The notes under the pieces were generated by a model. The model saw nothing but the letters and a program-made list of their open reading frames with translations, was not told the origin of the DNA and made no database searches. The position numbers and the translations under genes are program-made. From Myxococcota bacterium (GTDB taxonomy: Bacteria > Myxococcota_A > UBA796 > GCA-2862545), in the NCBI GenBank assembly GCA_039208735.1, contig JBCCQY010000007.1:40841-104840 (forward strand): a stretch of DNA of 64,000 nucleotides. Direction: 5' to 3'. Positions 20,101 through 28,028 of this stretch are shown in pieces; the stretch's first letter is position 1; every line of letters starts with the position of its first letter.

Positions 20101-20441
20101 TCGAGGGGCACATCGCGTGGACGTCCAACCGCCGCAACCCCCTGACGACCGAATTTCTCGCGGGAGTCTTCGCTCAGCCCCTTGGAAACGTGCTTCCCGA
20201 TCCCACCCTCCGTAACGGACCCAACATTCCGCGGTGGAGGCTTGGCAACCGTTGGACGTGGACCCGAACCAGCCACCAGGCCATCCCCTTCGAGATCTCG
20301 GTCGAAGCATCATGGACCGAGCTGCTCGGACCCGCCTCTCTCGACGATGTGCTTCGGTCCGGCCTGCAAGGTCCCCAGGTTGCGCTACCCGCGTTCACCG
20401 GTCTGCGCCTTGGGGGAACCGTGGCACTGAAATTCGAGTGA
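17118..20441 (+). CDS. VIT + vWA domain protein with C-terminal outer-membrane beta-barrel-like region
   Basis: VIT (EGTYVFPLP...RPNVF...VGNIPPG); vWA MIDAS DQSCS and VVSDG; aromatic/Arg-rich beta-strand C-terminus ending LKFE; RBS AGGAGG. Confidence 0.85.
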   Translation: MMWLGMVTVATCLAQDLPVQRARIVVDVDQAIATVTQTHTFTNDRSAFIEGTYVFPLPEDASVDGMVMHIADRTIEGRVEERDTAWLAYRNAVAQGRIATLTQESRPNVFLQRVGNIPPGASIDVTLTLVQPVDQRNGYAELVLPVVVAPRFIPASDRPNIEPGPRLGDTPVETQVSVSLTSATPIIDLHSPSHAGLTSLEASATPGVPHQARFELNTPGQRDVVLRWSMRRQTPTAHVLLQRGPNDAEHALLIVDPPADVSPADRVARELVWVIDQSCSMRGAPLTLTQRAMQQLVDDLDERDSVWLLPSTAWLEGESEPQAVTPWRQTLVRGRIASLEATGPTPLFEGLTLALEHPLDPRRERAIIVVSDGLVADDWSVLQQVADQLGPSRLFSIGAGPSPNRFLLEELARIGGGTSTFLRQGEDPEATVARFLRTIQAPVLTDVGVDWGDWVVDEVTPDRWPAVYANQPLQLTAIVRKRGTTPITIRGRTVDGPWKTEVTPTVLDAGRSIPSTWARQRIRELDRDQLWRDVPGAVKRIIDLSLTYQVSSRYTAFVAIDDRPVRDPTDAIFRAEQRAAPPADATFFAPVVEASTASLESASRVVAAFTSRRTIPAGRSYQTAVSTIYFPLYRRASFVGHQSILWPFDPALVQRYGATNNRFIELRHEEGLATRTDLGVRETMGAARGPVVRDAVWAEGRARRIETNAGDRSYLGHRLVIGASAQPNSSHQLMARGLVDRSTINDAFGRSDQAELALSGQWKAFPSPNFAVELQTEGRRVGIGDDRFDRLVAQVMLRQVISKHRWWAELLADRVRWQRPDGFRTRGLPQIAATNRIFFRGAYRYRFDEHWLIRAWLETHGFLGRVWPTPALWIEWEPSDWLTVTGAAGRHLTHVGQAGFLNGQPAILNEALASVELRVNYALEANFQASVRSRQNVPQVDGSSVDRDVARLAFAGRAELHPLELEVTATQQWLLTDVPGPVYSDGTLAGFAHRLEGHIAWTSNRRNPLTTEFLAGVFAQPLGNVLPDPTLRNGPNIPRWRLGNRWTWTRTSHQAIPFEISVEASWTELLGPASLDDVLRSGLQGPQVALPAFTGLRLGGTVALKFE

Positions 20442-20540
20442 GGCCTGGAGGCAGAATGCTCGTGCCACTCGGGTCGTGCGCCCTCCCAAGTCGGCGTGGA
20501 CCAGCGTGGCCCGTCGAACCGCGGTGCCCGACGACGATCG

Positions 20541-21515
20541 CTACATGGACGGAAGGTCGACGGCCCAGATCCCGAATGTGTCGAGGAAGGAAGCGGACAG
20601 GTACGTTTGCTGACCCGCGCGCACGGCGATGGAATCGATGTTGATGGTGTCCTGGTCACCAAATCCGAGCAACGGTTCGGCTTCCCAACGCGCGGCCACC
20701 GTGCCATCTGTCGCCACGCGCCACAGATCGCCGCCCGGGCTTTCCGCAACGAGAAACCCATCCTCAATCGCCACGATGTCGGAGACCGCCGCCATCTCTT
20801 GATCGTCGATCGTGCCGAGTCCGATCGAGGTGAGTTCGGCGCCGGTGGTCACGTCGATCAGCACGGCCGGTGGCAGGGCGTTGGACGGATCGTGATGATC
20901 GACCGCAAGGTTGGCCCCTGCAGCCACCGGGGCCGTGCTGATCGCACTGGCCAGCTTCAACGACGTCGGCGCCTTGGCGCAGTCCCCAACCCCAATGTCG
21001 ACCCACGTGAGGGTGTCCGCGCCCACGGGCACGATGTAAGCGCGGTCCCCGGCCCCGGAGACGGCAACGCCTTGACCCGAGGGTCCTTCACAGGAAAACT
21101 CCACGGCACCCGCCGTCGACAACCGAACGATCTCAGAGAAGAAGACGAGCAAGGTGGGACGCCCGGCATCGTCAAGGTCGAAGTCGGTGATCGCATCGAA
21201 ACCGGTGTCCTGCCAAACGCGAGTGCCCTGCAGCGAACAGCCTGCGGCCTCTCCATCCGCCTCGTAGCGGAAGAGTTCCCCTCCGACCTGCACCCAGAGC
21301 ACCCCATCGGGCCCAATTCGGATCTCATCCGCCGCGTCGGTCAATGCAGGGGTCAACACGCAGGGCGTGCCGACGATCTGCGGAAGGATGGGCGCCATGC
21401 CGGTATCAGAGGTGTCCGGGGAAGGCATCGTCGTCGAGGGGACTGGGGCAACCCGATCACATCCAATGGCGAAAGCCCAGATCAGAACAGCAGCAAGCGA
21501 GGAGCGAAGGCTCAC
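20541..21515 (-). CDS. Hypothetical lipoprotein, beta-propeller-like
   Basis: Lipobox FAIGC; acidic beta-rich repeats. Confidence 0.65.
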   Translation of the reverse strand: MSLRSSLAAVLIWAFAIGCDRVAPVPSTTMPSPDTSDTGMAPILPQIVGTPCVLTPALTDAADEIRIGPDGVLWVQVGGELFRYEADGEAAGCSLQGTRVWQDTGFDAITDFDLDDAGRPTLLVFFSEIVRLSTAGAVEFSCEGPSGQGVAVSGAGDRAYIVPVGADTLTWVDIGVGDCAKAPTSLKLASAISTAPVAAGANLAVDHHDPSNALPPAVLIDVTTGAELTSIGLGTIDDQEMAAVSDIVAIEDGFLVAESPGGDLWRVATDGTVAARWEAEPLLGFGDQDTINIDSIAVRAGQQTYLSASFLDTFGIWAVDLPSM

Positions 21516-21669
21516 GTGATCTCCACGGGAAGGGCGGCCCAAGCCTATCTCGCTCCGAAGACTTCACACGGCTGTGAACTCGAAACGAGGCGAAAGGAGT
21601 TTCATCAGCTACGGAATTAGTGTAACCTGACTCCAAATACCCAAAGCCAAGTCTTGGAGGCGCGTTTCC

Positions 21670-22359
21670 GTGCCACAACCACCGAATCCGAAGGCCCCCC
21701 ACAACCCACGGAACCGGCTTTCCCTCAATGATCTGCGCGCGGCGGCAAGGCTCGTCAACGCAGCTTTGGTGGGAATCGTAGGATTCTCTGGTTCGTGGGC
21801 GCACAACGCACGCAAGGACGCGAAGCAGGTTGCAAGAAATGCCCTCACCGGACTCTTTCGTCGGCAAAGCAACGCCGGACAGCCCCCTGCCGACCTCTGG
21901 TGCGTGAGCGGGGCCACCAATTTTGGGGTACCTGCCCTCGCCTATGAAGTTTCAACCGAACTCCACATTCCCCGGATCGGACTCACGGCAAGGGAAGCCC
22001 TCCGCTACAAACTTGCGGAACTCGATGTCCTCACGCTGGTCGGGCGGCGGTTTGGCGATGAATCACGCGCCTTCGTCGACCTTTGCGATGTGTTTTGGAT
22101 GATCGGCGGAGGGTCGCAGTCCGAGGCCGAGATGCGGCTTGCGGCGAAACGTGGCAAGCCCATCGTCGTGGTGCAGGGCTTAGGGGGTCGGGCGGACCAC
22201 ATGACGCTGACGGAGCTTCCTACCGCACAGTTCCTCGATTGCGATACCCTCGAGGTCAGGTCGCCGGATCGTGATCGAAAAACCTATCTTCGGGTCGCAG
22301 GGCAAGCTGCACGAGCCCTCCCTCACACCGCACCAGCCACGTCGGGACCCGTTTGTTGA
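21670..22359 (+). CDS. SLOG-superfamily (LOG/MoCo-carrier-like) nucleotide-binding protein
   Basis: VGIVGFSG, VSGATNFGVP, RFGDES, CDVFWMIGGGSQSEAE, GKPIVVVQGLGG match the SLOG Rossmannoid motif order. Confidence 0.7.
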   Translation: MPQPPNPKAPHNPRNRLSLNDLRAAARLVNAALVGIVGFSGSWAHNARKDAKQVARNALTGLFRRQSNAGQPPADLWCVSGATNFGVPALAYEVSTELHIPRIGLTAREALRYKLAELDVLTLVGRRFGDESRAFVDLCDVFWMIGGGSQSEAEMRLAAKRGKPIVVVQGLGGRADHMTLTELPTAQFLDCDTLEVRSPDRDRKTYLRVAGQAARALPHTAPATSGPVC

Positions 22360-23212
22360 CGAGTTCGGCATACAACCTGGTGCGTTTTTGGGGCCACAGC
22401 GAATCCAGTCTCCCTTGCTGGTTTGGTAGGTTCCAAACGCGTTCGGCCAACGCCATCCAAATCACGGGTCGGCCCGTTCCTGCGGTGAGGCGCCCCAGCT
22501 GCCGAAGGATGTCATGCGACCGCTGATACAGACGCACCGGACTACGCCCCTCGATTCGGATTTCGGTCTCGTCGTGGTGGCAGTGGACCTCGATGGGAGG
22601 CACCTCGGTGCGGGTCCCCGACATGCTCGCAGCCACTCGCGACCGGAGCATCAGGGTGACGTTGCGTCCATCCAGGACCACGGGCTCGCCAGGCTCCAGC
22701 TCCACGACGGGTCCCCCGGGTTCGCGCGCGTACCAAACGCCTTCCGCACCCCAGACGGCCGGCCAATCCGCCAGGTCTCCCGGCTGCAGTTCCCCATCCG
22801 CATCCAAATGCCACGCCAGGTGGTCCATCGGATGCTCCGGACCCTCATCGACCTTCAGCGTCGGCACCAGATCGGGAAGGCACAACTCGACCACGCGCAG
22901 CGCCACCCCAGGCGCAAACTCAATCCGCATGCCGCGGATTAGCTTGACGTCATCGCGTCGGGTTCCATCGACCCACACCCGACCTCGGTAGGCCAACAAC
23001 CAAAGCGCCCCCCCTCGCAAGCCAACCCCCGCGTGGGCCACCGAAATCGCGGGGTCCCTTAGCTGAAGGTCGGCGTACGGACCTCGTCCTACGACCGCCC
23101 CCAAACCCAGGGGCTGAATCTCACCGTCCGGCCCCTCGAAGGTCACACCGATGGACGGCGGGCCCCCTTCCCCAGCGCCCGACGCCGTAGCTGACGGAAT
23201 CGCACCTTCCAC
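22256..23212 (-). CDS. FHA domain protein with C-terminal winged-helix-like domain
   Basis: VGRGPYADLQLRDPAISVAHA FHA core; C-terminal ILRQL...LAERVW...RTRLYAEL. Confidence 0.8.
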   Translation of the reverse strand: MEGAIPSATASGAGEGGPPSIGVTFEGPDGEIQPLGLGAVVGRGPYADLQLRDPAISVAHAGVGLRGGALWLLAYRGRVWVDGTRRDDVKLIRGMRIEFAPGVALRVVELCLPDLVPTLKVDEGPEHPMDHLAWHLDADGELQPGDLADWPAVWGAEGVWYAREPGGPVVELEPGEPVVLDGRNVTLMLRSRVAASMSGTRTEVPPIEVHCHHDETEIRIEGRSPVRLYQRSHDILRQLGRLTAGTGRPVIWMALAERVWNLPNQQGRLDSLWPQKRTRLYAELVNKRVPTWLVRCEGGLVQLALRPEDRFFDHDPAT

Positions 23213-23318
23213 ATCCCCTCCAAGGCCCCGGATGCACCCCGGAGCCGCGTTCTTCTGACTTCACTGGGAGCAAGCTTCCAGCTGACTTTTCAAGCGCCAA
23301 TGGCGCAGGAGAACGCGC

Positions 23319-23753
23319 ATGCTCAAGTCTCATCACTTTGCCGCAGCCACCGCCGCCGCTGCCACGATGCTCGCGCCGCTCACCGCGCACGCCCTTGTCA
23401 TCATTTGGAACCCGGGTAAGCTCGAAGTCACGGTCGATGGCGCCTCGGAAGCAAGCATCGAAATCGATTCGTTGACCTACGTTCCTTGTGACGGCGCCGC
23501 GGTCACCGAAGAAGACTTCTCTGGGGACCTCGTCGCCGGCCTGCTGCTGGACCCGCCCAGCCCCGAGATCTGCTCGATGACGCTTACGCCGAGCGACGAC
23601 GTGGTCATCAGCGGCACCAACGGGAATGGCCCCTTCGAAATCACCGTGTCCGCTTCGGAGTTTTCTTTCGATGGCGAAGACCTCCCGAAGTCGCTGCCGT
23701 TCAACATCACGTTCGGGACGGTACCCGGCCCCGTGATGCTGAACGTCGAGTAA
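23319..23753 (+). CDS. Secreted hypothetical protein (NPG/two-Cys domain)
   Basis: Signal peptide ending AHA; RBS AGGAG; acidic beta-rich mature region. Confidence 0.7.
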   Translation: MLKSHHFAAATAAAATMLAPLTAHALVIIWNPGKLEVTVDGASEASIEIDSLTYVPCDGAAVTEEDFSGDLVAGLLLDPPSPEICSMTLTPSDDVVISGTNGNGPFEITVSASEFSFDGEDLPKSLPFNITFGTVPGPVMLNVE

Positions 23754-23754
23754 G

Positions 23755-24603
23755 TCACGGCGCCTCATCTTCGATGGTGCGGGGGTCTACCGCGTTGTCG
23801 GAGTAGAGGCTGATCGGAAAAAGCGCCAGGTTCAGATGAAAGACCCGGTTCGGGACTTCCTTCGCCGCCGAATACAACGTCGGTGCAAGGATTTCCTGCA
23901 ACCGGGACATGAGTTTCAGGTAGTCGTCTTCCGACAGCGCCAGGCTACCCGCCACATACAGACGGTCCGTTGGGGGAACTGTCTCGAGTGCGCGTTGGGC
24001 CATCGCCAACGTCTCGCGGTGGTACTCGGCCGCTCGGTTCGAGTCGTGGCCAGCGTCTACCTGACGTGCGGTGCCCAAATCGGGCGCGCCTTCGACCAAC
24101 CGGTAGTGCTCATCGAGCAACCCGTGCGCCACCAACTCGTCCATCGCGGCCTGCGCCTGCGCGTCGGTGAGGCGAGGACGCAGCGTCGCCGCCACCCAGC
24201 CCACCTCGGGCACATACTCTTCGCAGCGGGCGAGTTCGAGAATCGCGCCGAGATGCCAGTCACACAGACGGTTCTGTAGGGCATCAGCCGTGTTCTCCAC
24301 GGGCTCCGGCTTTTCAAGTCCACTCAACAGATCCTTCGCCCGGTCCCGAATCAGACTCGAGTTGCCGACTTCCCGCTCCACGAGCGTGAGAAACTCGACC
24401 CGCTGGCGGTCGGTCAGCTCAAGCCGCGTGGCGATTTGCTCGGCCAGCGCAGGCTGGAGGTTTCGACGTCCGTTGAGGATCTGGCTCAACCATGCCGGAG
24501 ACCGACCCACGGACCTGGCAAATTCGAACTGCTTGAGGTCCCGGTCGCGCATCAAACCCTGAAGGTAGTCCCGATAGCTGGCTCGCCGACTCGCCGTGTT
24601 CAT
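23755..24603 (-). CDS. TIGR02147-family protein (XRE-like HTH + DUF4423)
   Basis: SYRDYL...FARSVGRSPAWLSQILNGRRNL; W..GAILELA...WVAATLRPRLT; YH; VFHLNLALFPIS; RBS GGAGG. Confidence 0.88.
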   Translation of the reverse strand: MNTASRRASYRDYLQGLMRDRDLKQFEFARSVGRSPAWLSQILNGRRNLQPALAEQIATRLELTDRQRVEFLTLVEREVGNSSLIRDRAKDLLSGLEKPEPVENTADALQNRLCDWHLGAILELARCEEYVPEVGWVAATLRPRLTDAQAQAAMDELVAHGLLDEHYRLVEGAPDLGTARQVDAGHDSNRAAEYHRETLAMAQRALETVPPTDRLYVAGSLALSEDDYLKLMSRLQEILAPTLYSAAKEVPNRVFHLNLALFPISLYSDNAVDPRTIEDEAP

Positions 24604-24644
24604 CAGCCCTCCCGGTGCAAGGAAGGAACCTGAATACGCGAGAT

Positions 24645-27329
24645 TCACAACTCCGTGAATTCACGATACGTGAATGAATCGGGACCCAGCGGGTACACCC
24701 CCCGGAATCCGAGAAAGCCGTACCGCTCGAAGGTCCGCTCTCGGGGGCGACTCGTACTCCGTGCATTGCGGCCCCCGTACTGCCAAGTTCCGCCACGGAC
24801 AATCGCCATCTCTCCTTCGGAAACGGCCTCGGGAGGCAGCGCACGGCCGTGCTTGACCACCCCACCTGCGTCGAAGCACCAGTCGCGAACGTTTCCCCCC
24901 AAGCCCCGCACCCCATAGGGACTGATGTCGGTCTCGACGTACCGAGGGTCGTCGACGGGCACCGCACCGCGACGGCCGCGGTGACTCGAGAACATGCAGC
25001 ACCAAGCCGAATCGATGTGTTGGCCCCACGGATGGATGCGTCCATCCACGCCTCGGGCCGCCTTCTCCCATTCGAAGTCTCCGGGCAACCGCCACGGCTT
25101 GCCATCCTGGCGTTCGCGCCATCGAAGGTAGGCCATCGCAGACGACCAGTCGATGTTGGTTACCGGCCGGCGTGCCAAGGCTGGATCAGGGAGGGCGTAG
25201 CGACCGTCTCGAAGAACGAAGAGCGCGTCTCCCACGGCTTGACCAGCTTCGGTGCGCCGCCGCGGAACGTAGGCCTCGGCCTCCTCGGGCGAACAATCCT
25301 GAAGGAACGCAGCGTAGGCTCGGTTCGTGACGGGATCCCGCTGCATGACAAACCCTGAGACCCACACGCGGGCTGCGGGATGGTTGTTGTAGGCCTCGTC
25401 TTCGTCGCCTCCCGAATGAAACCAGCCCTCCGGAACGTAGATTTCGTCGTCGGCCAATGCATCGGCGGGCGGCAACCACACGGGCGGGGTGCGAGCGTCC
25501 CAGTGTCCCAACCGAGGGACTTCGACCGGATACCGAACCGTGGCGCGCCCCGGCGCTCGAATCACGAGGTGGTAGCTCCCCGTGGGCAGGACGTAGTTCT
25601 CGATGGGCTCAGAGCCGAAGTCACCCCGGTGCTCGAGCTGTAGGCGACGGTGCCGCTCCACGTACGCATAGAGTTGCACGCTCGCGCCGGGCGGGGTGGT
25701 CACAAGCGAAAGACGACCATTGCCTTGCAGGTAGGCATCCGCCCGTTTGCGCACCTTGTGCGTCGGGGGGAGGGCCTGCATATGAAGGCGCATGCCGCTT
25801 TCGGCCCGGACGCCATCTGCCGAATCGCGATGCTTCTCCGCCCGCTCGTGCCGAGCCATGTAGCGTTCGACGAGGGCCTCATGGGCTTCCTCAAGCATGG
25901 GAACGAGCTGCAGGGCGGCGTAGAACTCGCGCTGGGCCGCAACGGTCTCTTCGATGGCTTGTTGCTCGGCCTCCTCCGCGCGCCGTTCAAGCTCCCAGGC
26001 AGGCCAACGCGCCTCCTCGGGTTGCCACCCCTCGATTTGGGCGAGAATCCGTTCGCTGGATTCGCGAAACTCCCTGGCCAAGGCATTCGACGCTTCGATC
26101 TGCGGCTGGCGCTCGGTGGCTTGGCTCACGAGGCTCAACGCCTGTTCTCGAAGCCGCACCCCCTCGAGCCACTCCTGCATCGCATTGGTGAGGGCGTCTG
26201 CGGATTCAAAGCGCTCACCAGGCTCTCGGGCCATGGCACGATGGCAGATGCTCTTGAGGGCGAGCGGCACGCCATTGCGGTCCGACCCGCTGGGAGAGGT
26301 TCCTGGGTCGCTCGTCATGGTGAACGTGGCGCTCGAGTTGCGGGGGCCCGGATCCAGCCGTGGTGGGCCGTGCTTCACCTGTTCAACGATGCTTCGCCAA
26401 TCGGGACCTGAATACGGCAGGCGGTTCGACAAAATCAGGTAGAGCAGAACCCCCAACGTGTACACATCGCTGCGCTCATCGACCTTGTCGTGCTCCATCC
26501 GCGCCTGTTCGGGCGCAAGGTAGGGAGGACTCCCGATGATTCCCGCGGTTCGATGACTCCGTCCGTCATCCCCAAGACCCGTCGGCCAATGGCGAAGGTC
26601 GCCCTCTGTCGGGTCCGTCTCATGCCGCCGCCATCGAGCCACCCCCCAATCCAGCACGTAAGGTTGTTCGTGGCTGCCCAAACGGATGTTGCTCGCACTC
26701 AAGTCGCGGTGAACGACCCCTTGTTTGTGCGCGATCGCAACGGCGCGACACACGCCAAGGTACCCCCGCAACACCCTTTGAATCGCGGGCCACCCCCGAG
26801 TACCAGGCCCCCATTGCCCAGGTTGGACATGAACATGGGCTGCCTTCACCATGTGGTCGAAATCATGCCCTTCGATCAGCGGCATCGTAAACCAAGGTCG
26901 ACCATCCGTCAGTCGGCCTTGGTCGAACACCGTAGGAATGTTCGGATGATCGAGCGCAGCGAGAATGCGCCACTCGAGCTTAAAGCGAGAGATGAGGCGT
27001 GGCTTGTCGATGTGTTTGCGCAACAGCACCTTCATCGCCACATGCCGGTCGAAGACGGCATCGCGCACACGCCACACCTCACCCATGCCCCCTTCGCCGA
27101 TCTGGTCGACATAGTGGTAGCGTTCGGCGATCGACGTGACGTCGACGTAAAGGGCAACGAGTTCGTCGCAGAGTCGCGCATCGAGCTTAGACTTTCTCAG
27201 GTAGCTCTGGATAGGGCGTTCGGGATCGCCTCGAATCGAATCGAAGAGAACCTGGATCGACTTTGTGTAAGCCGGGTTCAGCCCTTGTTGTTCAACGAAG
27301 GACTCAATCCCCGGATGAACCTTGGCCAT
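24645..27329 (-). CDS. Ser/Thr protein kinase with C-terminal PEGA-like and FGE-sulfatase (SUMF1) domain
   Basis: GEGGMGEV, VAMK, HRDLSASN, DWG, YLAPEQ, DVYTLG; FGE motifs PVT, WRLP..EWEKAARG, GNVRDW, RGG, GFR. Confidence 0.93.
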   Translation of the reverse strand: MAKVHPGIESFVEQQGLNPAYTKSIQVLFDSIRGDPERPIQSYLRKSKLDARLCDELVALYVDVTSIAERYHYVDQIGEGGMGEVWRVRDAVFDRHVAMKVLLRKHIDKPRLISRFKLEWRILAALDHPNIPTVFDQGRLTDGRPWFTMPLIEGHDFDHMVKAAHVHVQPGQWGPGTRGWPAIQRVLRGYLGVCRAVAIAHKQGVVHRDLSASNIRLGSHEQPYVLDWGVARWRRHETDPTEGDLRHWPTGLGDDGRSHRTAGIIGSPPYLAPEQARMEHDKVDERSDVYTLGVLLYLILSNRLPYSGPDWRSIVEQVKHGPPRLDPGPRNSSATFTMTSDPGTSPSGSDRNGVPLALKSICHRAMAREPGERFESADALTNAMQEWLEGVRLREQALSLVSQATERQPQIEASNALAREFRESSERILAQIEGWQPEEARWPAWELERRAEEAEQQAIEETVAAQREFYAALQLVPMLEEAHEALVERYMARHERAEKHRDSADGVRAESGMRLHMQALPPTHKVRKRADAYLQGNGRLSLVTTPPGASVQLYAYVERHRRLQLEHRGDFGSEPIENYVLPTGSYHLVIRAPGRATVRYPVEVPRLGHWDARTPPVWLPPADALADDEIYVPEGWFHSGGDEDEAYNNHPAARVWVSGFVMQRDPVTNRAYAAFLQDCSPEEAEAYVPRRRTEAGQAVGDALFVLRDGRYALPDPALARRPVTNIDWSSAMAYLRWRERQDGKPWRLPGDFEWEKAARGVDGRIHPWGQHIDSAWCCMFSSHRGRRGAVPVDDPRYVETDISPYGVRGLGGNVRDWCFDAGGVVKHGRALPPEAVSEGEMAIVRGGTWQYGGRNARSTSRPRERTFERYGFLGFRGVYPLGPDSFTYREFTEL

Positions 27330-27341
27330 GGCTCCCCCCGC

Positions 27342-28028
27342 TCAGAGCTTGCCTGAGCGTGCCAACGCCACCAACTGAGCGATGATGATCGACGAAACCT
27401 CGGCTGCGTCTGTGGCATCAAACAAGCGCTGGCGACGAGCTGCGGGCAGACCGGTGTGGTCGTCCAACGTGCCACTGACAAGCTTAGGGACCAACTGGGC
27501 GCGACAGTATCCATCAAGCATGCCCGTCACGAACACGGGGGCTCGAGGGTTTGTGTCGCGGAAGATCTCCCATTCTTCCTCGAGCCCCGGAACCCCCCCG
27601 CCAACGTTACCGTGGGTGAGCCCCCCCATAAAGACGGCGGCCCGACTGCTCTTAGACATGGCTTGACGCATTTCACGCAAATCGTCGGCGAGGCCCGCAG
27701 GATCACTCGGCGCTGCCCCTTTTCCATACAGTTGCCGGTTCACGAAGACCGAGGTGTCGTGCGCTTCGTTGGGGGGCTTTTTATCAAAGCCCTTGGCGAG
27801 AACCAGATGCACCGCGCCGCGATCCAATCGGCCGCCATCGACCAAACGGTGCACCAATGGGGTCACCGTCGGGTGCCCGCCAAAGATGACTTCACCGCCA
27901 AGCCGCCCGACCTCAACGAACAGCCTTGAGACCAACGATTGAAGTTCCTGTGCTCGCGAGGTGCGATTCAGCTCTTGCGGCAAGGCTGCGGAAAATTGAA
28001 TCCGAATGCCATCCAGCGACTTGGTCAC
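27342..28028 (-). CDS. Stand-alone SLOG domain protein (SLOG cluster-3-like)
   Basis: FSAALP, VIFGGHPTVTPLV, LREMRQAM, AAVFMGG, GLEEEWEIF, PVF...GMLDG. Confidence 0.8.
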   Translation of the reverse strand: MTKSLDGIRIQFSAALPQELNRTSRAQELQSLVSRLFVEVGRLGGEVIFGGHPTVTPLVHRLVDGGRLDRGAVHLVLAKGFDKKPPNEAHDTSVFVNRQLYGKGAAPSDPAGLADDLREMRQAMSKSSRAAVFMGGLTHGNVGGGVPGLEEEWEIFRDTNPRAPVFVTGMLDGYCRAQLVPKLVSGTLDDHTGLPAARRQRLFDATDAAEVSSIIIAQLVALARSGKL

